Origin: Geotalea uraniireducens Rf4
GTDB taxonomy: Bacteria; Desulfobacterota; Desulfuromonadia; Geobacterales; Geobacteraceae
Direction: 5' to 3'
Length of the DNA stretch: 32,000 nucleotides
Assembly (NCBI RefSeq): GCF_000016745.1
Contig: NC_009483.1
Coordinates: 3,240,001-3,272,000 of the forward strand
The position numbers were made by a program, and so were the translations under genes. Shown one piece after another: positions 15,247 through 24,432 of this stretch (its first letter is position 1; the number at the start of each line of letters is the position of its first letter). The notes under the pieces are model-generated. The model made no database searches, had not been told where the DNA came from, and was given only the letters and a program-made list of their open reading frames with translations.

Positions 15247-15790
15247 TACGCCCCATACCTCACCATCCTCTCCTTCACCACCATCTCCCGCTCCCGCTCA
15301 ATCTCGGCCCGCAACTCCTCCTCGCTCGGCAGATACAGCCGGTACCTGGACGCAAAGAGCTGCCGGCTCTCGTTCAGCACCGAGTACTGCACCACCGTGT
15401 GGTCTTTCTCCGTGCAGAGGGTGATACCAACGGTCGGATTGTCCCCCTCACCCTTGACCCTGTCCTCGTACAGTCCGCAGATATTCCACGCGGTGCGTGG
15501 AATATTGGAAAAGACAGGTAGAACTGCCTGAAGTAAGAGAGATTCGAGACGCCGAACCCTGAGCCAAATTCCGATGTCAGCCTCTCAGACAGATCGCGAA
15601 TCAACGCCTTACCATATCCCGCGCGTTCCATCCCCTGCTGCTCTTCCTCGACGATCATCCGTCCTACGTTCCAGTAGGCTTCGATCATATGAAGTTGACA
15701 GCACGATAGCTGTTGGAGCGGGCATTACGAAGGAGATCAGCCACCGCCTGGCAGAATTCGGCAGGTACGACATCGCTCCCTGGCCGAACT
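15247..15790 (-). pseudogene. Decayed DUF1016 / YhcG-like PD-(D/E)XK nuclease gene
   Basis: The N-terminal part spans two frames: ...EFCQAVADLLRNARSNSYRAVNFI, a frameshift, then MIEAYWNVGRMIVEEEQQGMERAGYGKALIRDLSERLTSEFGSGFGVSNLSYFRQFYLSF. The C-terminal part, in a third frame, reads NPTVGITLCTEKDHTVVQYSVLNESRQLFASRYRLYLPSEEELRAEIERE. The central roughly 200 aa of the family are missing. Confidence 0.65.
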
Positions 15791-15904
15791 GCAGTTCCAC
15801 CCTCGCGGCCCTTACTCCGCTTTGTTGTTTTACGTTGCGTCAACGCACACTCCCAAAGCCGTTGTCACCCCACCCTCTGCCACAACAATCGGCATCTCAA
15901 ACAT

Positions 15905-15944
15905 GAAAAAGCCGCCAATCAGCATATCACTGACCCGGCGGCTT
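15905..15944 (-). terminator. Terminator-like hairpin (minus strand)
   Basis: aagccgcc ... ggcggctt (8-bp stem, 20-nt loop with an inner 4-bp stem), followed on the minus strand by UUUUU. Confidence 0.4.
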
Positions 15945-16024
15945 ATATCTACACGCAGTGCATCCATTCCACTTTCTATCGCCCATCCCCAAAAACTCCG
16001 CATAACGCAATAAAATGAGCCTCC

Positions 16025-16054
16025 TATTTACACCCTGGATGCGCTCGGTGTCAA
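16025..16054 (-). promoter_or_regulatory. Sigma70-like promoter candidate (TTGACA-18 nt-TAAATA)
   Basis: The minus strand reads TTGACA (16054-16049) and TAAATA (16030-25), separated by an 18-nt spacer. The site lies about 110 nt upstream of the 15905-15944 hairpin. Confidence 0.35.
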
Positions 16055-16064
16055 CCTTTAGCTA

Positions 16065-16240
16065 GTTTCCATCCGGAAACGGTTCTTTTCCGCCCTGGCG
16101 GTGTCAATCTTCAGGCTTGCTTGTGCGGCGTACCGATGTACGCCTCCGCGCAATCCCTCGATTTCCTTGCCAGGACGAAAAATCCCTCGTTTCCGAATTG
16201 GAAACCAATAGTGTCACATCCGGAGTTTCCGGATGGACAC
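16065..16240. repeat. Cluster of GTTTCC-N4-5-GGAAAC palindromes
   Basis: gtttccatccggaaac (16065-16080), gtttccgaattggaaac (16189-16205) and gtttccggatggacac (16225-16240). The flanks tagctagtttccatccggaaac and gtttccggatggacactagcta form a 20 of 22 inverted repeat. Confidence 0.45.
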
Positions 16241-16384
16241 TAGCTAGGGATTTTCTAACTTGTTTCTCATCAGGAGTTTCCATTGAGCTGATTTTGGAGT
16301 TGCGGATTTCTAGACTGGGGAAGACGGGACCAAACAGTTGTCTCAGATTGGAGATGATCTTACTGTACAAAATACTCTACTGCC

Positions 16385-16423
16385 ATCAAAAAAAGGGGTC
16401 AGCCGTATCGGCTGACCCCTTGA
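16385..16423 (-). terminator. Rho-independent terminator of tRNA-fMet, and the proximal islet boundary repeat
   Basis: aaggggtcagccg-tat-cggctgacccctt is a perfect 13-bp stem. The A-run on the plus strand gives UUUUUUU on the minus-strand RNA. It starts 8 nt after the tRNA CCA end. Confidence 0.75.
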
Positions 16424-16430
16424 ATTTGTT

Positions 16431-16507
<77 letters not shown>

Positions 16508-16518
16508 TTAACTTTTTG

Positions 16519-16548
16519 TTTGTACCACAGACGTAACTTTTATGTCAA
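16519..16548 (-). promoter_or_regulatory. Sigma70-like promoter for tRNA-fMet
   Basis: The minus strand reads TTGACA (16548-16543), an 18-nt spacer, then TACAAA (16524-16519). An A/T-rich upstream tract is present. The predicted start lies a few nt before the tRNA 5' end. Confidence 0.45.
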
Positions 16549-16575
16549 TAAAAAGTTTCAGTCGAATGGATATAT

Positions 16576-17304
16576 TTAACTTTTACTTCTTTGCCGCACC
16601 ACTTCAAACAACAGTATACCGCCGGCAACTGAGGCATTGAGGGAATTTACCCCTCCCCGCAGTGGAATCGACACCAGAAAATCGCATTTCTTTTTTACTA
16701 GCGGTCTGATTCCTTCCCCTTCGCTGCCGATAACCAGAACCACTGCTCCTGTCAATTTCTGGTCGAATATGGACAGCGGTGACTCGCCGTCCGCACCGTA
16801 AATCCAGAACCCCGCATTTTTCAACTCTTCAAGCGTATGGGCAACGTTCGTCACTTCAGCAACCGGAATGGTCTCAATTGCGCCTGCCGAAGCCTTCTCA
16901 ACCGTCGCCGTCACTCCCACCGCCCGGTCCCTGGGGATGATGACCCCCTGCGCTCCGGCACAGGCGGCACTGCGGATCAGTGCGCCGAGGTTGTGGGGAT
17001 CCTGAACGCCATCCAGAACAAGCAATAGTCCATCTGTGCCGGGCACGAGGATGTCGGACAATTGGGCGTAGGCAAAGGGCTCCGCTCTGAGAGCCACCCC
17101 TTGATGATGTTCGGTGCCGCAGAGGCGGGCTATATCACGTTTGTCCCGCTGCCGAACAGGCACTCCCTTTTCAGCTGCAAGAGCAAGGAGCTTTTCCAGA
17201 CGCCTGTCACTGCCGCCGGGAGCCACAAAAAGCTCGAAGGCCCTCCGTTTACCGCGGAGGGCCTCCATAACAGAGTTCAGCCCGTATATGATCTCATCTT
17301 TCAT
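16576..17304 (-). CDS. rlmB: 23S rRNA (guanosine-2'-O)-methyltransferase RlmB (SpoU/TrmH family)
   Basis: 242 aa. It has an N-terminal substrate-binding domain (IYGLNSVMEAL) and SpoU motifs (LDGVQDPHNLGALIRSA, VLVIGSEGEGI, IPLRGGVNSLNASVA). Confidence 0.85.
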   Translation of the reverse strand: MKDEIIYGLNSVMEALRGKRRAFELFVAPGGSDRRLEKLLALAAEKGVPVRQRDKRDIARLCGTEHHQGVALRAEPFAYAQLSDILVPGTDGLLLVLDGVQDPHNLGALIRSAACAGAQGVIIPRDRAVGVTATVEKASAGAIETIPVAEVTNVAHTLEELKNAGFWIYGADGESPLSIFDQKLTGAVVLVIGSEGEGIRPLVKKKCDFLVSIPLRGGVNSLNASVAGGILLFEVVRQRSKS

Positions 17305-17372
17305 TATATATTCCTTTGCCCATCATCAGACATGGAGAACTGTGCCCAGCGGCTCCACGACAAATTCCCCTG

Positions 17373-18098
17373 TCAGCCTTCCACCGCCATGATCTCGTCT
17401 ATAATAGCCTCGGCAGCCTCCACCGGCTTTGGCGCCGCGGCAATGGGACGGCCGATCACCAGATAATCGGCCCCGGTTCTGACTGCTTCGGCCGGCGTCA
17501 TGATCCGTTTCTGGTCATCGCTTGAGGCGAATGCAGGGCGAACACCCGGAGTAACGATGAGGAAATCCTTGCCGCACGCTTTGCGAATGAGGGGAACCTC
17601 CTGCGGTGAGGCCACAACTCCGTCAATGCCCGCCTTCCTGGCCAACAGCGCCAATTTAACGACCATCTCGGGAACAGGAATATTTATACCCACATCCTGC
17701 AACGTCTGTTCGTTCGATGAAGTCAGGATAGTGACCGCCAACACTTTGCCGCGCTCTCCCCCCTTAAACTCTTTGTCCAGGGTCTCAACGGTTTTGGCCA
17801 TCATTTCATAACCGCCGAGTGCATGAAGGTTGAAGAGCTTCACCCCCATCCGGGCTGCCTCAAGGGAAGCCATGGCCACCGTATTGGGAATGTCGTGGTA
17901 TTTCAGATCGAGGAAAACTTCGCCGCCGCATTTCTGGATCATCCTCACTGCCGCAGGACCGCAAGAGGTAAAGAGCTGCTTACCCACCTTGAACATCCCC
18001 ACGTGGGGAGCCAGCATATCGGCCCATTGCTCCACGTCGCTGAACTCATGCACATCAAGGGCAAATATTACCTTTGCCCGTGCTTCATCTCTGGTCAT
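17373..18098 (-). CDS. pyrF: Orotidine 5'-phosphate decarboxylase
   Basis: 241 aa. Motifs include VIFALDV, MFKVGKQLF, FLDLKYHDIPNTV and VIGRPI. Confidence 0.92.
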   Translation of the reverse strand: MTRDEARAKVIFALDVHEFSDVEQWADMLAPHVGMFKVGKQLFTSCGPAAVRMIQKCGGEVFLDLKYHDIPNTVAMASLEAARMGVKLFNLHALGGYEMMAKTVETLDKEFKGGERGKVLAVTILTSSNEQTLQDVGINIPVPEMVVKLALLARKAGIDGVVASPQEVPLIRKACGKDFLIVTPGVRPAFASSDDQKRIMTPAEAVRTGADYLVIGRPIAAAPKPVEAAEAIIDEIMAVEG

Positions 18099-18116
18099 AA
18101 CAATCCTCTAAAAGGC

Positions 18117-18219
18117 GGGAACTGGGAACTGGGAACTGGGAACTGGGAACTAGTGGATTAGAGTTTATACCGATCCCCGATCCCAAGTCCCTAATCCCCG
18201 ATCCCCGATCCCCGATCAC
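18117..18219. repeat. Heptad-repeat palindromic element: (GGGAACT)x5 ... (nnnTCCC)x7
   Basis: Five perfect GGGAACT units lie at 18117-18151 and seven heptads ending in TCCC (mostly CGATCCC) at 18171-18219. The arms can pair at 5 of 7 positions per heptad. The left flank cctctaaaaggcgg resembles the termini of copies A-C. Confidence 0.8.
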
Positions 18220-18222
18220 GAT

Positions 18223-19938
18223 TTACTGTTTTAATGCTTCACCAACCGCTGCCTTAACCTTCTCCACAGCATCGGCAATGGACAACAACTCAACATCGCC
18301 GGTTTTGCGGTTCTTCAGTTCAACCTTGCCGTCTGCCAGGTTCTTGCTCCCCACCACGATGCGAAGGGGAATGCCGATAAGATCGGCATCCTTGAATTTG
18401 AAGCCGGGGCGCTCGTCCCGGTCGTCCAAGAGCACTTCGACCCCGGCAGCGGCGAGTTGCGCATAGATCGCCTCGGAACTATCCCTGACCGGCTCTTCCT
18501 TCATGTTCAGGGCGGATATGATGCAGTGAAACGGGGCAATGGGGAGCGGGAAGATGATGCCGTTATCGTCATGATTCTGCTCGATGCAGGCGGCGACGGT
18601 GCGGCCGATGCCGATGCCGTAACACCCCATGAAGATGATCTGCTCCTTGCCGTCAGCATCCAGGTAGGTTGCCTTCATCGCCTTGGAATACTTGGTGCCG
18701 AGCTTGAAAACATGGCCGACCTCGATGCCGCGCCACATTTCCAGCGTGCCGCTGTCGCAGCGCGGGCAAGGGTCGCCGAGGACGACATTGCGAATGTCGG
18801 CGAACGAGCTTACCGTAAAATCCCGCTCAAGATTGACGTTCTTCAGGTGCAGGTCCTTGGCGTTTGCGCCGGTAACAAAGTTCTTCATTCCCTGCACTGC
18901 CAGGTCGGCAATGATCTTGACGCCAAGACCGACCGGCCCGGCAAAGCCCGTCGGAGCGCCGGTCACCTTCATCACCACATCGTCTCCGGCCATCTCGAGC
19001 AGATCGCAGCCGAGCAGATTTTTCAGCTTGATTTCATTCAGCTCGTGGTCGCCCCGCAGCAGGGCCACTACCGGCTCATTATCCGCCAGCAGCACCAGGG
19101 TCTTCACCAGTGACGATGCGTGGACATCGAGGAAACCCGCGACCTCTTCGATACTCTTTTTGTCCGGCGTCGCAACCTTTTCCAGCGTACGCGGTTCGGC
19201 ATGGTCCGCAGCCCCCGACTGCCTGGCCTCGGCCTTTTCCACGTTGGCCGCATAATCGCAGGCGGTGCAGGAAACTATGGCGTCCTCGCCCGACTCGGCA
19301 AGGACCATGAATTCGTGGGAATAGGAGCCGCCGATGCTGCCGGTATCCGCCTCCACCGCACGGAACCGGAGGCCGCAGCGCTCGAATATGCGGCGGTAGG
19401 CCTGGTACATCTTATCGTAGGAGATATCCGCTGCCTTTTCATTCACGTCGAAAGAATAGGCGTCTTTCATGATGAATTCCCGGCCGCGCATGAGGCCGAA
19501 GCGGGGGCGGATCTCATCACGAAACTTCCCCTGGATCTGGTAGAGGTTTATCGGCAACTGGCGGTAGCTCTTCACCTCGCGGCGCACAAGGTCCGTGATG
19601 ACCTCTTCATGGGTCGGTCCCATGCAAAATTCGGTATCCTTGCGATCCTTGAAGCGGAGCAGTTCCTTGCCGTACTGCTCCCAACGACCGGACTCCTGCC
19701 AGAGTTCGGCAGGCTGCACGGTCGGCATCAGCAACTCGATGGCGCCGGCACGGTTCATCTCCTCGCGGACGATGTTCTCCACCTTGCGGATGGAGCGAAG
19801 CCCGAGCGGCAGATAGTTATAAACGCCCGCCGCCAGCTTGCGAATCATCCCCGCCCGCAGCATCAGCTGGTGCGATATAACCTCCGCATCGGAGGGGGTT
19901 TCCTTGACTGTTGGTATAAAATATTGAGAATAACGCAT
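18223..19938 (-). CDS. proS: Proline--tRNA ligase
   Basis: 571 aa from [35 protein letters not shown] (RBS aaggaa). Class II aaRS motifs and the bacterial-type editing insertion are present. Confidence 0.93.
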   Translation of the reverse strand: MRYSQYFIPTVKETPSDAEVISHQLMLRAGMIRKLAAGVYNYLPLGLRSIRKVENIVREEMNRAGAIELLMPTVQPAELWQESGRWEQYGKELLRFKDRKDTEFCMGPTHEEVITDLVRREVKSYRQLPINLYQIQGKFRDEIRPRFGLMRGREFIMKDAYSFDVNEKAADISYDKMYQAYRRIFERCGLRFRAVEADTGSIGGSYSHEFMVLAESGEDAIVSCTACDYAANVEKAEARQSGAADHAEPRTLEKVATPDKKSIEEVAGFLDVHASSLVKTLVLLADNEPVVALLRGDHELNEIKLKNLLGCDLLEMAGDDVVMKVTGAPTGFAGPVGLGVKIIADLAVQGMKNFVTGANAKDLHLKNVNLERDFTVSSFADIRNVVLGDPCPRCDSGTLEMWRGIEVGHVFKLGTKYSKAMKATYLDADGKEQIIFMGCYGIGIGRTVAACIEQNHDDNGIIFPLPIAPFHCIISALNMKEEPVRDSSEAIYAQLAAAGVEVLLDDRDERPGFKFKDADLIGIPLRIVVGSKNLADGKVELKNRKTGDVELLSIADAVEKVKAAVGEALKQ

Positions 19939-19991
19939 GATCGATTCCTTTTTTCGTATTAAAACAGGGGCGCATACCATGCGCCCCTACC

Positions 19992-21050
19992 TCATTCACC
20001 CTTCACTGCCTCTAAAACCTCAGCCACCAGGGCGTCGGCCAGTTCATTCTCCGGCACCTTGCGGACGATCTCACCATGACGGAAGAGTAACCCCTCCCCC
20101 TTGCCGCCGGCAATTCCCACATCAGCCTCGCGGGCCTCGCCGGGGCCGTTGACCACGCACCCCATTACCGCCACGGTGAGCGGTTTGTCGATGCCCCTCA
20201 ATCTCTTTTCCACCTCTTCGGCCACATGAATGAGGTTGATCTGACAGCGGCCACAGGTAGGGCAGGAAACGAAGTTGATCCCACGCTGCCTTATCCCGAG
20301 CGCCTTCAATATCTCGAAACCGACCCGCACCTCATCCACCGGATCGCCGGTCAGGGAGACGCGCATGGTGTCGCCGATCCCGTCTGCCAGGAGGATGCCG
20401 AGTCCCACCGAAGACTTGATGGTCCCTGAAAAGATCGTCCCGGCCTCGGTAATGCCGATATGGAGGGGATAATCAACCGCGTCGGAAAGAAGCCGGTAAG
20501 CCGACACCGTCTTCATCACGTCGGAAGCCTTGAGCGATATTTTAATCTGGTCGTAGCCAAGCTCCTCAAGGATGCGCACATGACCCAGCGCAGATTCCAC
20601 CATCGCCTCGGCCGTGGGATGGCCGTACTTCTGCAAGAGCTCCTTCTCCAGAGAGCCGGCATTGACACCGATGCGGATCGGCACCCGCCGTTCGGCAGCA
20701 GCCTGTACCACCTCGGCCACCTTCCAACGCTCGCCGATGTTGCCCGGGTTGAGCCTGAGACCGTCGATGCCCCCTGACAGCACCTTGAGTGCCAGCTTAT
20801 AGTCGAAATGGATATCGGCAATAACCGGCATCGGGCTTTGCGCCTTGATCTTGCCGAGCGCTTCGGCCGCATCCATATCCAGTACAGCGCAACGGACCAA
20901 CTCGCAGCCCGCTTCGGCAAGTCTCCCGATCTGCGCCAGGGTTGCGGACACGTCACGGGTATCGGTGCTGCACATGGATTGCACGGAGCAGGGCGCCCCG
21001 CCGCCTATCTTTACATTACCTATCTGGATCTGTCTGGTTGCTTTTTTCAT
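19992..21050 (-). CDS. ispG: 4-hydroxy-3-methylbut-2-en-1-yl diphosphate synthase
   Basis: 352 aa from MKKATRQIQIGNVKIGGGAPCSVQSM. The C-terminal Fe-S ligand region is FVSCPTCGRC ... VMGCVVNGPGE. Confidence 0.92.
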   Translation of the reverse strand: MKKATRQIQIGNVKIGGGAPCSVQSMCSTDTRDVSATLAQIGRLAEAGCELVRCAVLDMDAAEALGKIKAQSPMPVIADIHFDYKLALKVLSGGIDGLRLNPGNIGERWKVAEVVQAAAERRVPIRIGVNAGSLEKELLQKYGHPTAEAMVESALGHVRILEELGYDQIKISLKASDVMKTVSAYRLLSDAVDYPLHIGITEAGTIFSGTIKSSVGLGILLADGIGDTMRVSLTGDPVDEVRVGFEILKALGIRQRGINFVSCPTCGRCQINLIHVAEEVEKRLRGIDKPLTVAVMGCVVNGPGEAREADVGIAGGKGEGLLFRHGEIVRKVPENELADALVAEVLEAVKGE

Positions 21051-21120
21051 AACGGCGCATCTTAGCGGAAATATGCAGGAAAAGTCAAGGAAGGTTTGGC
21101 CTGAGAATTCAAACAAACAA

Positions 21121-21137
21121 GCCCGGCATAACCGGGC
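21121..21137 (-). terminator. Small GC hairpin, a possible gdhA terminator
   Basis: gcccgg-cataa-ccgggc with T-rich sequence following on the minus strand (cttgtttgtttg). Confidence 0.4.
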
Positions 21138-21145
21138 CTGTTTAT

Positions 21146-21313
21146 CCTATAAAAAGCATTTTAACCACGAATTTTCACGAATGTGCACGAATATACATGC
21201 TCTTGTGCTAGAAGACACTCAACAGACCGATGACTACTCAAAGACTTAACAAGAAGTTAAAAACATTCGTGTTTATTCGTGTCATTCGTGGCTAACTGCC
21301 GTTTTTGGGTTAG
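21146..21313. repeat. Long imperfect palindromic intergenic element, copy C (CACGAAT-repeat arms)
   Basis: The left arm ccacgaattttcacgaatgtgcacgaatat pairs with the right arm acattcgtgtttattcgtgtcattcgtgg. CACGAAT recurs with a period of about 10 bp. The right terminus ctaactgccgtttttgggttag matches the terminus family of copies A and B. Confidence 0.6.
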
Positions 21314-21337
21314 TTGTTTAGTTACAAAGAATGCCGA

Positions 21338-22714
<1,377 letters not shown>

Positions 22715-22779
22715 TCATGAGCAGCCCCATAAGCCAGAGGGCAACACATGTTGGCCCTTCAAAAACCGATTAAATAATA

Positions 22780-22795
22780 TGCACATAGTGCACCA
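22780..22795 (-). promoter_or_regulatory. Sigma54-type -24/-12 promoter candidate for gdhA, overlapping a TGCAC-N3-GTGCA palindrome
   Basis: The minus strand reads TGGTGCACTATGTGCA, with GG and GC at the canonical spacing (TGGCAC-N5-TTGCA). It lies about 90 nt upstream of the gdhA ATG. Confidence 0.4.
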
Positions 22796-22999
22796 TAAAT
22801 AGGCACATATCACTATATTTGTGATCATATTTTAATTCAGCTTAAATATTAAGCACTTAACGTGCACATATTTTCAGCTTTTGCGTATTATTTAGTCACG
22901 GTCTTGATTTTTTGATTACTTTTTCTACACTACCCATTACAATTACTACTCAGAATTCCAGCATTGACAGAAGATGTTTTTTCCTATTTATTATCAATC

Positions 23000-24412
23000 A
23001 TGAAAAATAAATCCGAAAAACCGAAAACGTTAAAATCCGAAAGCGACAAGCTGAAAATCGGCCAGTTGCTCGATCTCACCATCAACTCTCTCAATGAAGA
23101 CGGATTCGGCGCTGCCTCCTACGAAGGAACCCCGATTCTGGTCGCCGGGTCGCTTCCGGGAGAAATCATTCGGGCAAAAGTAACCTACGTCGGCCGCCGG
23201 GAAACGTTTGCCAGGATGATCAAACTCGTGCAACGCTCTCCTGACCGTTTGCCAACCGCCCCCTGCGCTAAAGGATTATCGTGCGACGGCTGTCCACTCA
23301 TCCAGATGAATTATCCCGCTCAACTGACCTGGAAAAAACAGCTGGTTGGAAAATTTGTCCGACGCTACAAAACGCTGGAGAAAGCGGTACTGCATGATGT
23401 CATCGAATCGCCGCAGCAACTTAATTATCGCAATTCGGCAAAGTTGGTGATAACGGGCAAATTTGCCGAACCCATCATCGGCATCTATCGCAGGAATTCC
23501 CACGATGTGCTCGATATCGGCGACTGCCCCCTCCATCACCCGCTGATCAACAAGATCATTACGGCTGTCAAGGCTGGCATAAAAAAGGGGAAGGTTCCCA
23601 TTTACAACCCCAAAAGCGAAATGGGGCTGTTGCGATACCTGGTGATCCGTGTTTCCGAAACCGCAAATCGAGCGATGGTCGTATTCGTAACCTCAGAGCG
23701 CAGCTACAACGAAATCCATCACCTGGCAAAACATCTCCAGGCCGCAGTACCCGAAGTTACCGTCATTGATCAGAACATCAACGGTTCATCGGGCAATGTC
23801 ATATTCGGCCAGAAAGACCACTTTGTCACAAAGGAGCATGTCCTGCCGGCCGCAATTGGCGGGACGCGGTTCCACATCTCTCCCCGCTCATTTTTCCAGG
23901 TGAACAGCGGCGCTGCGCGAATCATTTATGAAAAGGTGCGTGAATGGGGGGCTTTGACCGGCAAGGAACGGGTACTGGACCTCTACTGCGGCATCGGCGG
24001 CATATCCCTCTTCCTTGCAGGAAAGGCACGGGAGGTGCTGGGAATCGAAGTGGTGGAAGCAGCAGTGGCCGACGCGGAGATGAACGCCCAGTTGAACAAC
24101 ATCCGCAACTGTCGCTTTAAAGCAGGGGATGTGGCGAGACTTCTGGGAGAATTGCGTGAGGAAGGCGAAAAAGTCGATCTTGTCATTTTGAACCCGCCGC
24201 GCAAGGGGTGTGACGAACAGGTGCTGCGTGAAACCGCTGCAATCGGTCCGCAAAAGATCATCTATGTATCCTGTTCCCCGCAGACCCTGAGCCACGATCT
24301 CGATATCCTCGCCGCCCTCGGTTACCGGACTACGGAGATCCAGCCGGTGGACATGTTTCCCCAGACGCCGCACGTGGAGGATGTGGCTTTGCTGGTGAAA
24401 ATGAAGTCGTAA
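23000..24412 (+). CDS. RumA/RlmD-family 23S rRNA (uracil-C5)-methyltransferase (TRAM + Fe-S + SAM MTase)
   Basis: It has a TRAM-like N-terminus, a Cys cluster (CAKGLSCDGCPLIQM ... C) and SAM motifs (VLDLYCGIGGISL, ILNPPRKG, YVSCSPQTL). The start is uncertain: ATG at 23000 or TTG at 22964. Confidence 0.8.
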   Translation: MKNKSEKPKTLKSESDKLKIGQLLDLTINSLNEDGFGAASYEGTPILVAGSLPGEIIRAKVTYVGRRETFARMIKLVQRSPDRLPTAPCAKGLSCDGCPLIQMNYPAQLTWKKQLVGKFVRRYKTLEKAVLHDVIESPQQLNYRNSAKLVITGKFAEPIIGIYRRNSHDVLDIGDCPLHHPLINKIITAVKAGIKKGKVPIYNPKSEMGLLRYLVIRVSETANRAMVVFVTSERSYNEIHHLAKHLQAAVPEVTVIDQNINGSSGNVIFGQKDHFVTKEHVLPAAIGGTRFHISPRSFFQVNSGAARIIYEKVREWGALTGKERVLDLYCGIGGISLFLAGKAREVLGIEVVEAAVADAEMNAQLNNIRNCRFKAGDVARLLGELREEGEKVDLVILNPPRKGCDEQVLRETAAIGPQKIIYVSCSPQTLSHDLDILAALGYRTTEIQPVDMFPQTPHVEDVALLVKMKS

Positions 24413-24432
24413 ACCTGGAATTGCGAGACAAC

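Noticed and set aside
15151-16018. Plus-strand ORFs of 126, 110, 101 and 63 aa across the islet debris
   Set aside because: They run antisense to or across the DUF1016 pseudogene fragments. They lack an RBS and have Ser/Pro/Arg-rich nonsense composition.
11988-16389. Search for an integrase, excisionase or RT gene that would make the islet an autonomous element or a retron
   Set aside because: I found no tyrosine or serine recombinase motifs in any frame that I translated. The only RT-related sequence is the maturase tail of a truncated group II intron, not a retron RT. No msr/msd-like structure was convincing.
18117-18219. Tandem repeats considered as a possible CRISPR array
   Set aside because: The units are only 7 bp with no spacers. 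The two blocks are partly complementary arms of a palindrome, and no cas genes are present.
18457-19962. Plus-strand ORFs of 218, 190 and 280 aa antisense to proS
   Set aside because: They are antisense shadows within a highly conserved aminoacyl-tRNA synthetase gene and have no independent signals.
19939-21116. Upstream-extended starts for proS (19980) and ispG (21116)
   Set aside because: The extensions add non-conserved residues ahead of the canonical N-termini ([10 protein letters not shown]... and MKKATRQIQIGN...). The internal ATGs fit the family N-termini.
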